Below are positions 10,402-20,225 of a stretch of 60,915 bases of DNA, in pieces. The stretch is from Candidatus Darwinimomas equi (lineage in GTDB: Bacteria > Bacillota > Clostridia > Lachnospirales > Lachnospiraceae). Numbering within the stretch: position 1 is the stretch's first letter; each line of letters begins with the position of its first letter. The notes beneath the pieces are model-generated. The model had not been told where the DNA came from. It made no database searches and saw only the letters and a list, made by a program, of their open reading frames with translations. The stretch spans positions 1-60,915 of the forward strand of contig JAGHSD010000005.1 in assembly GCA_018066045.1 (NCBI GenBank), read 5' to 3'. The position numbers and the translations under genes were made by a program.

Positions 10402-10486
10402 AAACGGTGGGATTCAAACCCACGCGCCGGTTACCCGACGACCGCATTTCGAGTGCGGCTCGTTATGACCTCTTCGATACGTTTGC
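10400..10486 (-). tRNA. tRNA-Ser(CGA)-like, class II, atypical
   Basis: Hand-folded 87-nt cloverleaf. Acceptor GCAAACG/CGTTTGC, U8, 3-bp D stem with GG in the loop. Anticodon stem CCGCA/TGCGG with loop CU-CGA-AA. 18-nt variable arm, T stem GTGGG/CCCAC. Deviations: T loop TTTGAAT (C56 replaced by T), an A/T-rich acceptor stem and no encoded CCA. It begins 1 nt after the mnmA stop. Confidence 0.6.
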
Positions 10487-11545
10487 TTATCTTATTATCG
10501 TGCCTCCGCACATCACATGTCCTTCAACGTCATAAAGGACCACTGCCTGTCCCGGAGTAGCTGCTCTGACCGGATTTTCGAATTCAATAATCATCTTTCC
10601 GTCAGCGTAGCCTATTATACTACACTTTTCCCCTTTATGGCTATACCTTATCTTTCCGATTGCTGAAAGTCCCGATAAAACCTCCTGTTCCGATATACCC
10701 ATGAAATTCACTTCATCGCATACGATCCTGTCCGTGAAAAGTTCTTCATTATCCGACAGCACCACCTGATCCGTGTCCGCCTTTATTTCTTTGACAAATT
10801 TCGGCTCCCCGAAGGCTATTCCCAGACCTTTTCGCTGACCTACCGTATAATGCGTGATTCCTTTATGCTTTCCGAGTACTTTCCCGTCAGGTGATACAAA
10901 ATCCCCCTCCGGCTTTGTTATTCCTGTATGCCGCTCTATGAACCCGGCATAATCCTGATCCGTCACGAAGCATATCTCCATGCTGTCAGGCTTTTCGCTC
11001 ACTTCGAGTCCCATATCACGGGCCATCTCCCTGATTCTGTCTTTGCTGTATTTTCCGAGAGGCATGACCAGCCGTGACAGCTGTTCCTGAGAAAGCATAT
11101 ACAGTGCATAAGCCTGATCTTTATCCGAATCCGCGCTTCTTAACGCATATCTTCCGTTCTTCAGCCTGTCCGCATACGCATAATGTCCGGTAGCATAGCA
11201 CTCTGCACCGATTTCATCCGCATACTTCATCAGCGCCATGCATTTTACAAATCTGTTGCATCTCGTACACGGATTCGGAGTGATTCCTTTCAGATATGCA
11301 TCGGCAAAATAATCTTTTACTTCTTTGTCAAATGTTCCCGTACAGTCGATAATATGATGTTCGATACCTAATCTTTCGCATATTCTCCGGGCATCTGCTA
11401 TATCTGCTTCGGCATTTCCCTGCGTATCCAAAGAATCACCTTGCATCTGCAAGGTGACCCCGATCACTTCATATTCTTTTTGTAAAAGGCCCGCTGCAAC
11501 GGCAGAATCAACTCCGCCGGAAAGACCGATCACTATTTTTCTCAT
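10487..11545 (-). CDS. mnmA: tRNA 2-thiouridine(34) synthase
   Basis: PP-loop GLSGGVDS, NPCTRCN, GHYA, and the typical C-terminal beta-barrel region. Confidence 0.9.
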   Translation of the reverse strand: MRKIVIGLSGGVDSAVAAGLLQKEYEVIGVTLQMQGDSLDTQGNAEADIADARRICERLGIEHHIIDCTGTFDKEVKDYFADAYLKGITPNPCTRCNRFVKCMALMKYADEIGAECYATGHYAYADRLKNGRYALRSADSDKDQAYALYMLSQEQLSRLVMPLGKYSKDRIREMARDMGLEVSEKPDSMEICFVTDQDYAGFIERHTGITKPEGDFVSPDGKVLGKHKGITHYTVGQRKGLGIAFGEPKFVKEIKADTDQVVLSDNEELFTDRIVCDEVNFMGISEQEVLSGLSAIGKIRYSHKGEKCSIIGYADGKMIIEFENPVRAATPGQAVVLYDVEGHVMCGGTIIR

Positions 11546-11958
11546 TTCTGGATCTCGTTCTTCTGCTCGTCTACCGGCTTTGCCTGCTCCGGTTTCTCTA
11601 CCTGAACAATTGATGCTTTCTGCATAGGAATACGGCAGTTTTTGTTGTTTCCGAACTCAACGATAACCGTGTCATCTGTCATATCGATAACAACGCCGTA
11701 GAATCCTGCGGTCGTAAGCACTGCATCGCCGATTGCAAGGCTGTCCATAAGTGTCTCACGAGCTTTCTTTTCCTTCTTCTGAGGACGGATACTCATGAAA
11801 TAAATGAGAGCACCGAAAATAACTACATAAACGATGATGATCATCGGACCGCCGCCGAAAAGTCCACCGCCTTCTGCACCTGCTTCTCCGGCCGGAGCGC
11901 AACCTGTCATCAGTAAAGTAGCCATAATTGCTGTTATTGCTGCTGTTAATTTCTTCAT
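11542..11958 (-). CDS. yajC: preprotein translocase subunit YajC with N-terminal lipobox-containing extension
   Basis: The YajC core is IIIVYVVIFGALIYFMSIRPQKKEKK...GDAVLTTAGFYGVV. The RBS AGAGAGGAA supports the long start, which adds MKKLTAAITAIMATLLMTGC. Confidence 0.8.
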   Translation of the reverse strand: MKKLTAAITAIMATLLMTGCAPAGEAGAEGGGLFGGGPMIIIVYVVIFGALIYFMSIRPQKKEKKARETLMDSLAIGDAVLTTAGFYGVVIDMTDDTVIVEFGNNKNCRIPMQKASIVQVEKPEQAKPVDEQKNEIQK

Positions 11959-11960
11959 CT

Positions 11961-13109
11961 TTATTCCTCTCTGCTCATGGACATCATTCCATCAAGCTTG
12001 TGTTTTTTATATGCTTTATAATTGCCTTGATCTATTGCATCTCTGATTTCACCCATCATTGTATTATAAAAATACAGATTGTGCAACACGCACAGGCGCA
12101 TGCCGAGCATCTCTCCTGCTTTCAGAAGATGCCTGATATATGCTCTTGAATAGGACCTGCACGCCGGACAGTTACATCCTTCTTCTATGGGTCTGTCATC
12201 AAGCTCATATTTCTTGTTGAACAGATTAAGCTTGCCCTGATTTGTATAAACATTTCCGTGTCTGCCGTTTCTCGTAGGATAAACGCAGTCAAAGAAATCA
12301 ACTCCTCTGTCAACGGCTTCCAGAATATTTGCCGGAGTCCCGACTCCCATAAGATAAACCGGTTTTTCGGACGGCAGATACGGAACCACCTGTTCCAGTA
12401 CATGATACATCTGCTCGTGGGTCTCTCCTACGGCCAACCCTCCGACTGCATACCCGTCAAGGTCCATATCTGATATTCTTTTCGCATGATCGATACGGAT
12501 ATCATCATATATGGCACCCTGATTAATTGCAAACAGCAGCTGCTCTCTGTTAATGGTGTCTTCCTGTCCGTTCAGTCGGGCCATCTCCGTCTTGCATCTT
12601 TCAAGCCATCGGGTCGTTCTTGCAACGGAAGCTTCAACATAACTTCTTTCCGCAAGTGCCGGAGGACATTCATCAAATGCCATGGCAATGGTGGATGCCA
12701 GATTAGACTGTATCTGCATACTTTCTTCCGGCCCCATGAAAATCCTGTGCCCGTCTATATGCGAGTTGAAGGTGACGCCTTCTTCCTTTATCTTCCGGAG
12801 TCCCGCAAGAGAGAAGACCTGAAACCCCCCGGAATCTGTGAGTATCGGCCGGTCCCAGTTCATGAACTTATGAAGACCTCCGAACTCTCTAATCAGTTCA
12901 TCTCCTGTACGCACATGCAGATGATAGGTATTGCTCAGTTCCACCTGGGTTCCGATCTCTTTCAGATCATCCGTTGAAACCGCACCCTTGATTGCACCCA
13001 CCGTCCCCACATTCATAAATACCGGAGTCTCGATGCTGCCGTGAACTGTTTCTACATGGGCATGTTTTGCCAGTCCGTCTCTTGCTGTTATCTTATATGA
13101 ATACTTCAT
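11961..13109 (-). CDS. tgt: queuine tRNA-ribosyltransferase
   Basis: Motifs TPVFMNVGT, LTDSGGFQV and GLAVGE, plus the zinc site CNCPACRSYSRAYIRHL. Confidence 0.95.
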   Translation of the reverse strand: MKYSYKITARDGLAKHAHVETVHGSIETPVFMNVGTVGAIKGAVSTDDLKEIGTQVELSNTYHLHVRTGDELIREFGGLHKFMNWDRPILTDSGGFQVFSLAGLRKIKEEGVTFNSHIDGHRIFMGPEESMQIQSNLASTIAMAFDECPPALAERSYVEASVARTTRWLERCKTEMARLNGQEDTINREQLLFAINQGAIYDDIRIDHAKRISDMDLDGYAVGGLAVGETHEQMYHVLEQVVPYLPSEKPVYLMGVGTPANILEAVDRGVDFFDCVYPTRNGRHGNVYTNQGKLNLFNKKYELDDRPIEEGCNCPACRSYSRAYIRHLLKAGEMLGMRLCVLHNLYFYNTMMGEIRDAIDQGNYKAYKKHKLDGMMSMSREE

Positions 13110-13128
13110 CAGCTTAACTCAGTCTGAA

Positions 13129-15366
13129 TCAGGCTTTCTGTGCAGCTGCCTTCTCAGCAGTCTTCTGCTTCCTGGAAGTTATCTTCTCCTTGTCTCCTCC
13201 GCCGAAGATAAACCACAGTGAACTTGCAAGGCAGATAGATGAATATGTTCCGAATACGATACCTACCATGATAGGAAGTGCGAATTCCTTGATTGATGAT
13301 ACACCGAAGATGTAAAGCACAAATACCATGATAAATGTTGTAAGTGATGAATAAATACTTCTTGAAAGAGTCTCCGTAATCGACTTGTTTGCGATCTCGC
13401 TTCTCGGTGTACTCTTCGGAAGAATATTGATGTTCTCACGGATACGGTCAAATGTAACGATAGTCGCGTTGATTGAATAACCAACCAATGTAAGCATACA
13501 TGCGATAAATGTTGATCCTACGCTCCACTTGATGATTGCATAGAATGCAAGCACTACCAGCACATCATGCACAAGACACACAACCGAACTTGCCGCAAAC
13601 TTGATATCCTTGAATCTGAACCAGATATAGACAAGCATGAGTACAAGTGCAATCGCAACTGCGACAAGTGCATCCGTCTTCATCTCATTACTGATTGCTC
13701 CGGAGATGTTCTCTTCCGTGATCTTTTCCTTGTCTACGCCGAAGTTCTCTTCCATCGCATCATGAAGAGCCTCTCTTTCATCCATGGAAAGTTCTCTTGT
13801 CTTGATGATTACCTCGTTGGAATTTGCAACCTTCTGAGTCTGGACATCGGCATCACCCGTAATAACCTCAACAACAGGAACAACCTCGCTGGATATCTCA
13901 TCAAGTGACATGTCCTCATTGAATGTAACATTGGTTGATGTACCGCCCTTGAAATCAATACCGTAGTTAAGAAGATCTCCTGTATTGGCCTTATTGATTC
14001 CCATTGCTACGAATCCTGCAAGGATAAGTACTGCTGAAAATGCGATGAACCATTTTCTCTTTCCTATGAAATCAATAGTCTTTCTGCTCTTGATAACTCC
14101 GTACTGGTTTTCTTTGTCCAGTCCTAAATCGATAAATGTGTTAAGAATAAATCTTGTAACGAACAGCGCCGTGATCATGGAAATAACGATACCGAGTGCA
14201 AGTGTCTGTGCGAATCCGACTACCGTACCGGAACCTTTGACCATAAGAACGATTGCTGCAATAAGTGTTGTAACGTTACCATCTATGATAGCTGAGAGAG
14301 CTTTCTTGAAACCTGTCTTTACCGCTGATGGTACTGTCTTTCCGAATCCGATCTCCTCTTTAATTCGTGTGAAGATGATTACATTGGCATCAACCGCCAT
14401 ACCTATTGAAAGGACTATACCTGCGATACCCGGAAGGGTAAGTGTAATGTTCTCGTTAAATGCTGCCAGAAGCAGTATCTCCAGTGAAACATATACAGAA
14501 AGTGCAAGTACTGATGCAACTCCCGGAATCCTGAATGCAATGATCATAAGGATTGCCAGGATGATAAGACCGATAAGGCAGGCCTTAACACTTGATGCCA
14601 TAGCTGACTGACCGAGCTTTGCACCTACTACGTTGCTTCGCAGTTCTTCAAGTTCCAGTGAAAGTGATCCGATACGGATGGTAGTTGCAAGGTTCTCTGC
14701 CTCTTCATAACTGTCCATTCCGTCGATACGGCACTGTCCGCCTGTAATCGGCTCTCTTACAACGGGTGCAGAAACCACTTCGTTATCATATATGATATAT
14801 ATCTGCTCTCCGACATGAGCTGTTGTTGCCTCGGCAAATTTCTTTGTGCCTTCTTCATTGAATGACAGCTGTACGATGTATTCCTTGTTCTTCTGCTGAT
14901 CCTCTGTGATACCTGCCTGAGCTGATGAAACCATGGTTCCGTCAACTACGACATTTCCTTCCGGATCCATAAATACCAGTGAGCCGGGTTTTCCGAGTTC
15001 CTCAAGGATTGCATTGGCATCCGATACTCCGGGGATATCAATATTGATTCTGTTTGTACCCTCGCGGTATACTTCTGCCTCTGTCGAATAACTCTCGACT
15101 CTCTTCTGGAGTTTGTAAATCGTATCCTGCATATCAACATCAGAAGGATTGGGGTCCACTGTCTGATATGTGATACTTACACCGCCCGCAAGATCCAGAC
15201 CGAGCTTTACTGTATTCTTAGCCGAATCTTCGGTTGCTACATAATCGTCCTGCAGTGCCGCATTACTGTCACGTACTACAGTCCAGGCAAAATATCCAAG
15301 TGCCACAACTACGATAAGCGTAATTATAAGCTTGATAATGCCTTTTACTTTGTTGTTCTCTTTCAT
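13129..15366 (-). CDS. secDF: fused protein-export membrane protein SecDF
   Basis: 745 aa with two 6-TM RND-like halves. The SecD periplasmic domain is followed by SecF-like YGIDFKGGT. Confidence 0.9.
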   Translation of the reverse strand: MKENNKVKGIIKLIITLIVVVALGYFAWTVVRDSNAALQDDYVATEDSAKNTVKLGLDLAGGVSITYQTVDPNPSDVDMQDTIYKLQKRVESYSTEAEVYREGTNRINIDIPGVSDANAILEELGKPGSLVFMDPEGNVVVDGTMVSSAQAGITEDQQKNKEYIVQLSFNEEGTKKFAEATTAHVGEQIYIIYDNEVVSAPVVREPITGGQCRIDGMDSYEEAENLATTIRIGSLSLELEELRSNVVGAKLGQSAMASSVKACLIGLIILAILMIIAFRIPGVASVLALSVYVSLEILLLAAFNENITLTLPGIAGIVLSIGMAVDANVIIFTRIKEEIGFGKTVPSAVKTGFKKALSAIIDGNVTTLIAAIVLMVKGSGTVVGFAQTLALGIVISMITALFVTRFILNTFIDLGLDKENQYGVIKSRKTIDFIGKRKWFIAFSAVLILAGFVAMGINKANTGDLLNYGIDFKGGTSTNVTFNEDMSLDEISSEVVPVVEVITGDADVQTQKVANSNEVIIKTRELSMDEREALHDAMEENFGVDKEKITEENISGAISNEMKTDALVAVAIALVLMLVYIWFRFKDIKFAASSVVCLVHDVLVVLAFYAIIKWSVGSTFIACMLTLVGYSINATIVTFDRIRENINILPKSTPRSEIANKSITETLSRSIYSSLTTFIMVFVLYIFGVSSIKEFALPIMVGIVFGTYSSICLASSLWFIFGGGDKEKITSRKQKTAEKAAAQKA

Positions 15367-15433
15367 GATAAACTCTCTCCTAATAGAAATTGCCCATAAG
15401 CTAAAAAATTATACCATAAAACATGAAAGGATA

Positions 15434-15464
15434 CAAGAAAAGCGGGGCAAACTGCCTGCCCCGC
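15434..15464 (-). terminator. intrinsic terminator after the HtrA-like gene
   Basis: Minus strand: GCGGGGCA-GGCAGTT-TGCCCCGC followed by TTTTCTTG. Confidence 0.75.
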
Positions 15465-15495
15465 ATAGTGAAATAATTCTCTGAGATATTACGTT

Positions 15496-16806
15496 TTATT
15501 CTTCTTCCAGCATTGCCTTTGAGGCCAGTTCAACCTCAATCTCATGCTCCTCATATGACTCACCGTTAAGTCTGTATACCGTGAGCTTTACTTTCTCTCC
15601 CGATTTATACTGTTTAAGCAGTGACTGGAGATCATCCATTCCCGTTACAGACTGACCGTCAAGCTTGGTAATTACATCCTTTTCCTTAAGTTCGGAGTTT
15701 GCTGCCGGTGCCTTGTCGACGATTTTGAATACATATACGCCCTGCGGCATATCATACATCTCCGCCATCTGACTGTCGATATTCTGGCCCTGAATTCCGA
15801 TGTAACCCTGCTCTTCTTCGCTTACTTCCTCTCTTGCCTCAAGATTTGAGAAGTCATTGAGAACATCCTTTACTGATGAGATCGGAATTGCAAATCCCAT
15901 ACCTTCTACAGCTGTTGTTGCGTATTTGGCCTCATTTATTCCAATGACCTCACCTTTTTCATTGATAAGCGCACCGCCTGAGTTACCGGGATTGATAGCT
16001 GCATCTGTCTGAATGAGATTATTTGCAACCTGTCCTTCGGCCTCCATAGTCTTGTCAAGAGCACTTACCACTCCTACCGTTACCGACAGACCTTCTCCAA
16101 GCGCATTGCCTATTGCTACTACCCACTCGCCTACTCTGAGTGAATCGGAATCTCCGACTTTTGCGACTTCAATGTTATCGTAGGTTCCTTCTTCAAGGTC
16201 TGATTTCTTTACCGAGATAACTGCAACATCCTTCTCTGCATCTCTTCCCTTTACTACAGCCGGGGCAGTCGTATCGTCACAGAAGGTAATTACCAGATCC
16301 TTGGTATCTGCTACAACATGATTGTTCGTAGCTATCATGAACTCATCATCATCTTCTGCAATAATGATTCCCGATCCCGCAGTAGGTGTTTCATATACCT
16401 GTGGCTGATCAAGTCCTCCGAAACCGCCGAATCCGAAGAAATCTCCCAGTCCGAAGCTTGAATATGCTTCATACTCCGTAGTACCTGTGATTGCTACCAT
16501 TGACGGCATTGCCGCTTCAGCGATTCTGGAAACGTCTGTCATCTCTCCGCCGCTGCCTGAAGGCTTTTTGTCATTCTTTTCCGGTTTCTGAGATTCTCCG
16601 ATCTTAACCTTGTTCTCATCCGTTTTCGAAGCTGCTTCCTCTTCCGGCTTCAGTGCCTTGTTCAGATCAGAAACTACATTCGAATATGCATCCAGTGTAC
16701 CTGTCGCCTTGCTGACTCCGTACATCGAAAGTCCTGCGACCGCTCCGACCACTGCTGCAAATAATACTATCAATACTCCTTTGAGGAATTTATTCATAAT
16801 GTTCAT
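15496..16806 (-). CDS. HtrA/DegP-family serine protease with PDZ domain, membrane-anchored
   Basis: N-terminal TM. Catalytic triad regions are TNNHVV, DVAVI and GNSGGALIN. There is a C-terminal PDZ-like segment. Confidence 0.85.
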   Translation of the reverse strand: MNIMNKFLKGVLIVLFAAVVGAVAGLSMYGVSKATGTLDAYSNVVSDLNKALKPEEEAASKTDENKVKIGESQKPEKNDKKPSGSGGEMTDVSRIAEAAMPSMVAITGTTEYEAYSSFGLGDFFGFGGFGGLDQPQVYETPTAGSGIIIAEDDDEFMIATNNHVVADTKDLVITFCDDTTAPAVVKGRDAEKDVAVISVKKSDLEEGTYDNIEVAKVGDSDSLRVGEWVVAIGNALGEGLSVTVGVVSALDKTMEAEGQVANNLIQTDAAINPGNSGGALINEKGEVIGINEAKYATTAVEGMGFAIPISSVKDVLNDFSNLEAREEVSEEEQGYIGIQGQNIDSQMAEMYDMPQGVYVFKIVDKAPAANSELKEKDVITKLDGQSVTGMDDLQSLLKQYKSGEKVKLTVYRLNGESYEEHEIEVELASKAMLEEE

Positions 16807-16903
16807 CTCCTTTTTTATGATTCATGATTGATGATACAAACACTATATTCCTCAAATGTGATGAAAGTATGTTCAAATTGTGATTATTTATTGCTTTCGG
16901 ATT

Positions 16904-18784
16904 TTATTCTCCGGGAACTTCCTCGACCGTCGGGGCCGAATTTCCTCCCGGTCCCTCGCCCGGTTCCTGCGGACCTTTCGGCAGCTGGCTTCCCGGTCCG
17001 TTTTCCGGACTTATCTGACCTTCCTCTTCTTCCTCCTCATCTGAAGGAGTTTTCGGAGCTGACGGTTTTTCTGTGCCGGGGCCCGGAATCTCCTCTTCAG
17101 TCGTCTTGTTCTTGTATCCGGGGCCGTTTTCATCTTTCTTCTTTGCTCCCGGACCGTCTATGTTCTCATCGTCTCCCTGTCCCGGAAGCACGTTTCCGTT
17201 CTCGTCGGTTTCTTTCTCTTTGACGGGTTTTTCTTCTGTCGGTCTTTCTTCTCCTTCAAGATAGAAATTGCCGTCTTCATCTACCTCATAAAGATAGACA
17301 ATATTGCCGTTTTCATCATAATCGATCATCTTGATACGCTTTCCGTTGTTATCAAGCGCATACTGATATGTCTTGTTTCCGTTTGCATCTTTTCCGTCAA
17401 CATATATAAGATAACCGTCTTTACTTATCGCATACTCCAGTTCATCGTCTTTCTTCTTCGATACTTCTGTTTCCTTTTCCTTGGACTCCTTCTCGCTCTT
17501 TTCCGTGCCTGATGAGCTCTGTGCATCCGATGAAGCCGGCTTATCTTCTTTCTTCGGGCTCGGAAGATATCCTTCCGTAGATACCGGTGCTGCTTTCTTT
17601 CCCTCGTTATAATATCCGGTCTTTGCCGAAATATATGTGCTTATCTGTTTTACCTGTTCAGAAGTGTCATAGTCCGCCTGATTGAACAGTATCTGATGAA
17701 GATCTCTTACATTGCTTTCCAGTGTCTGCGGTATTACGCATGCTCCCGCCTTGCCCATATTTGCTTCCGCTCTTGCAAACGGAAATCCCGTTGACTCTGT
17801 TATCTCATATTTATCTACTTCAGCTATGGCATCCAATCCGTCCTGCCATGTCATATTGGTTGCGACCATCGACAGCATGTTCCCTAAAAGGTCATTCAAT
17901 GTCTGCATATCCGCATTCTTTGCTTTTTCAAAACACTGCTTGATGACCTTGCGCTGGCGCTCTGTTCTTGCATAGTCGTTATCCATAAGTCTCAGTCTTG
18001 CATATGCCACAGCCTGTACTCCGTCAAGATGATTCATTCCGGCATGCTGAAGCTGTACTGAACCAAGCCCTGTGCCCTTGACTGTTTCTGTAATAAATCC
18101 GTTGATATATGCAAACTCTGCCTTAGACAGTTCAACATCCACTCCTCCGAGGATATTGATTCCGGTTGCCACTGCTCTCCAGTTGAATGTCACATACTGG
18201 GTAAGGTTAAGATCCAAATTCTCATTAAGTGATTTAAGCGCCTGTTCCGGACCTCCCATACAGTACGCACCGTTGATTTTTCCGTAAGTACTGTCTCCTG
18301 TTTTCAGATATGTATCTCTGTATACGCTGCAGAGTTTTATCTCTCCCGTATCTCTGTTGATGCTGACTATCATTATTACGTCGGAATTGCATCCTTTTCC
18401 GACAGCGGAGTTACGCGAATCAACTCCGAATACAGCTATATTCCAGTATCCTCTTTCAATTGCCTCGATCTCCTCATTTGAAAGGTTCACGTTCTTGATG
18501 ACCTTCTGATCGACCGTAGGCCTCTGAATCTTTCCATACTGTTTGGAAGCATAAGCGAAAAGAAACATTCCACACAATGCTATTACTTCCAGCACGGCAA
18601 AAACGATGATCCTCCTTATAAGTGTGTTCGGGGTTTTCTTTTTCACCCTTGCACGTGAAGGAGCTTCGGGCATATCCGGAACTGTATCCGAAGCTATGTT
18701 TTCTTCGGTTCTGCGCTTCCTGCTGTGCCCTACCGGCATCATATTCTTGCTGTCATACTCTTTTTCTTCAAAATCTCTGCTCAT
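16904..18784 (-). CDS. LCP (LytR-CpsA-Psr) family glycopolymer ligase with long low-complexity C-terminal extension
   Basis: TM anchor followed by the LCP core (FGVDSR...SDVIMIVSINRDTGEIKLCSVYRDTY). The last ~225 aa are K/E/P/G-rich with YD-like repeats. Confidence 0.85.
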   Translation of the reverse strand: MSRDFEEKEYDSKNMMPVGHSRKRRTEENIASDTVPDMPEAPSRARVKKKTPNTLIRRIIVFAVLEVIALCGMFLFAYASKQYGKIQRPTVDQKVIKNVNLSNEEIEAIERGYWNIAVFGVDSRNSAVGKGCNSDVIMIVSINRDTGEIKLCSVYRDTYLKTGDSTYGKINGAYCMGGPEQALKSLNENLDLNLTQYVTFNWRAVATGINILGGVDVELSKAEFAYINGFITETVKGTGLGSVQLQHAGMNHLDGVQAVAYARLRLMDNDYARTERQRKVIKQCFEKAKNADMQTLNDLLGNMLSMVATNMTWQDGLDAIAEVDKYEITESTGFPFARAEANMGKAGACVIPQTLESNVRDLHQILFNQADYDTSEQVKQISTYISAKTGYYNEGKKAAPVSTEGYLPSPKKEDKPASSDAQSSSGTEKSEKESKEKETEVSKKKDDELEYAISKDGYLIYVDGKDANGNKTYQYALDNNGKRIKMIDYDENGNIVYLYEVDEDGNFYLEGEERPTEEKPVKEKETDENGNVLPGQGDDENIDGPGAKKKDENGPGYKNKTTEEEIPGPGTEKPSAPKTPSDEEEEEEGQISPENGPGSQLPKGPQEPGEGPGGNSAPTVEEVPGE

Positions 18785-18809
18785 ATGTCTGTTATATCCT
18801 CAATAATGT

Positions 18810-20225
18810 TTAATACGCATTCTTGTTTACAAAACCCTTGAAAATCGTCAGGAACAGTATCTTGAAATCGAATCCCAGCGTCCAGTTTTCAATATAGTAC
18901 AGATCGTACTCAATACGTGTTTCTATTGATGTATCCCCTCTGTAACCGTTCACCTGCGCCCATCCGGTCAGTCCCGGACGAACCTGATGCTTGATCATAT
19001 AGTGCGGTATCTCATCTCTGAATTTTTCAACGAATTGCGGTCTTTCGGGTCTCGGTCCCACAAGACTCATGTCCCCCATCAGTATGTTCCAGAACTGAGG
19101 CATCTCGTCTATGCTGGTCTTTCGGATGAACTTTCCTACCGAGGTTACTCTCGGATCGTTTTTGGTCGTCCATTCTTTCTTTTCGTCATCGTCTTCCTGC
19201 ACTACCATTGATCTGAATTTATACATCCTGAATGTTTTTCCGTGTCTTCCGACTCTTTCCTGTGCAAAGAATACCGGCCCGGGGCTGCTGCACTTAACTG
19301 CTATCATGGTAAAGATCATAACCGGCGAAAAGAGAATCAGCCCGAACAATGAACCGAAGATATCCATGGTTCTCTTCAGGAAGGCATTTACACCTTCCGA
19401 AAGAGGAAGCCTCCTTATATTTATTACCGGAAGTCCCTGAACATCTTCTACCTGCGGAACTGTAGGAATAATATTGTTATAGTCCGGAATAAACTTGGTG
19501 TGCACACCCGAACGTTCACAGTCATTTACGATTTCCTCAAGATAATCGTAATCCGGCAGAGAAAGTGTAATAACTATTTCGTCGAGAGTGTTTTCAATCT
19601 TATTCTCTTCAAGCTGTTCCGACAAAGACTGTATGGTTCCGATTACCGGAATGTTCTTATATGTGTATCCTGTCTCGTGACTGTTGTCCAGGATACCTCT
19701 TATCTTGTAACCCCATTCCGGATTCACTCTGCATCTGTCTATAAATCCTTCTGCCGCACGACTGTACCCTACAAGCAGTATTTCCTTGCTGTTATAGCCA
19801 TTTTTCCTTATATTCCTTAATGCAAGACGTATGGCTCCTCTTTCGGCAATTTCAAATATTATGGTAAATGCATAGAAATAAATAACCAGACTTCTTGAGA
19901 AGTTATATATATACGGATTCTTGGACCCGAGGAACAGTACCAGAGTAAAGAGCAGAAGCAGTATGGTATTTGCCGAGAAGATTCCGGCAAGTTCCCGTCT
20001 CTTGCTGAGTACCCTCTTGGGTGCGTACATTCCGTTAAGTCCGTTAAGCAGAAGTGCTACCGGCACGATTACAATAAGCACAGTGAAATAAAATCTTGCC
20101 GGAAGTGCGATGGCATTCTTTCTGGATGCTATGATAAAGTATGCCAGTGCATACGCCGCTGCTATGACGATTGCGTCCAGCAGCACGTGTATTCTGTTCA
20201 GATGTTTTTGATAGTCTTTTATCAT
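18810..20225 (-). CDS. polyprenyl-phosphate sugar-1-phosphate transferase (WcaJ/EpsL-type priming enzyme)
   Basis: 4-5 N-terminal TM helices and a central Rossmann-like domain. The C-terminal bacterial sugar-transferase domain has SLVGPRPE and GWAQVNG. Confidence 0.85.
   Translation of the reverse strand: MIKDYQKHLNRIHVLLDAIVIAAAYALAYFIIASRKNAIALPARFYFTVLIVIVPVALLLNGLNGMYAPKRVLSKRRELAGIFSANTILLLLFTLVLFLGSKNPYIYNFSRSLVIYFYAFTIIFEIAERGAIRLALRNIRKNGYNSKEILLVGYSRAAEGFIDRCRVNPEWGYKIRGILDNSHETGYTYKNIPVIGTIQSLSEQLEENKIENTLDEIVITLSLPDYDYLEEIVNDCERSGVHTKFIPDYNNIIPTVPQVEDVQGLPVINIRRLPLSEGVNAFLKRTMDIFGSLFGLILFSPVMIFTMIAVKCSSPGPVFFAQERVGRHGKTFRMYKFRSMVVQEDDDEKKEWTTKNDPRVTSVGKFIRKTSIDEMPQFWNILMGDMSLVGPRPERPQFVEKFRDEIPHYMIKHQVRPGLTGWAQVNGYRGDTSIETRIEYDLYYIENWTLGFDFKILFLTIFKGFVNKNAY

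Noticed and set aside
10232-10447. 71-aa minus-strand ORF in the mnmA-miaA gap
   Set aside because: It overlaps the tRNA-like cloverleaf and the perfect hairpin, has no RBS, and its Cys/Gly/Arg-rich sequence looks like translated structured RNA.
13985-14611. 208-aa + strand ORF
   Set aside because: It is antisense to secDF. Its hydrophobic look comes from reverse-reading TM-helix codons.
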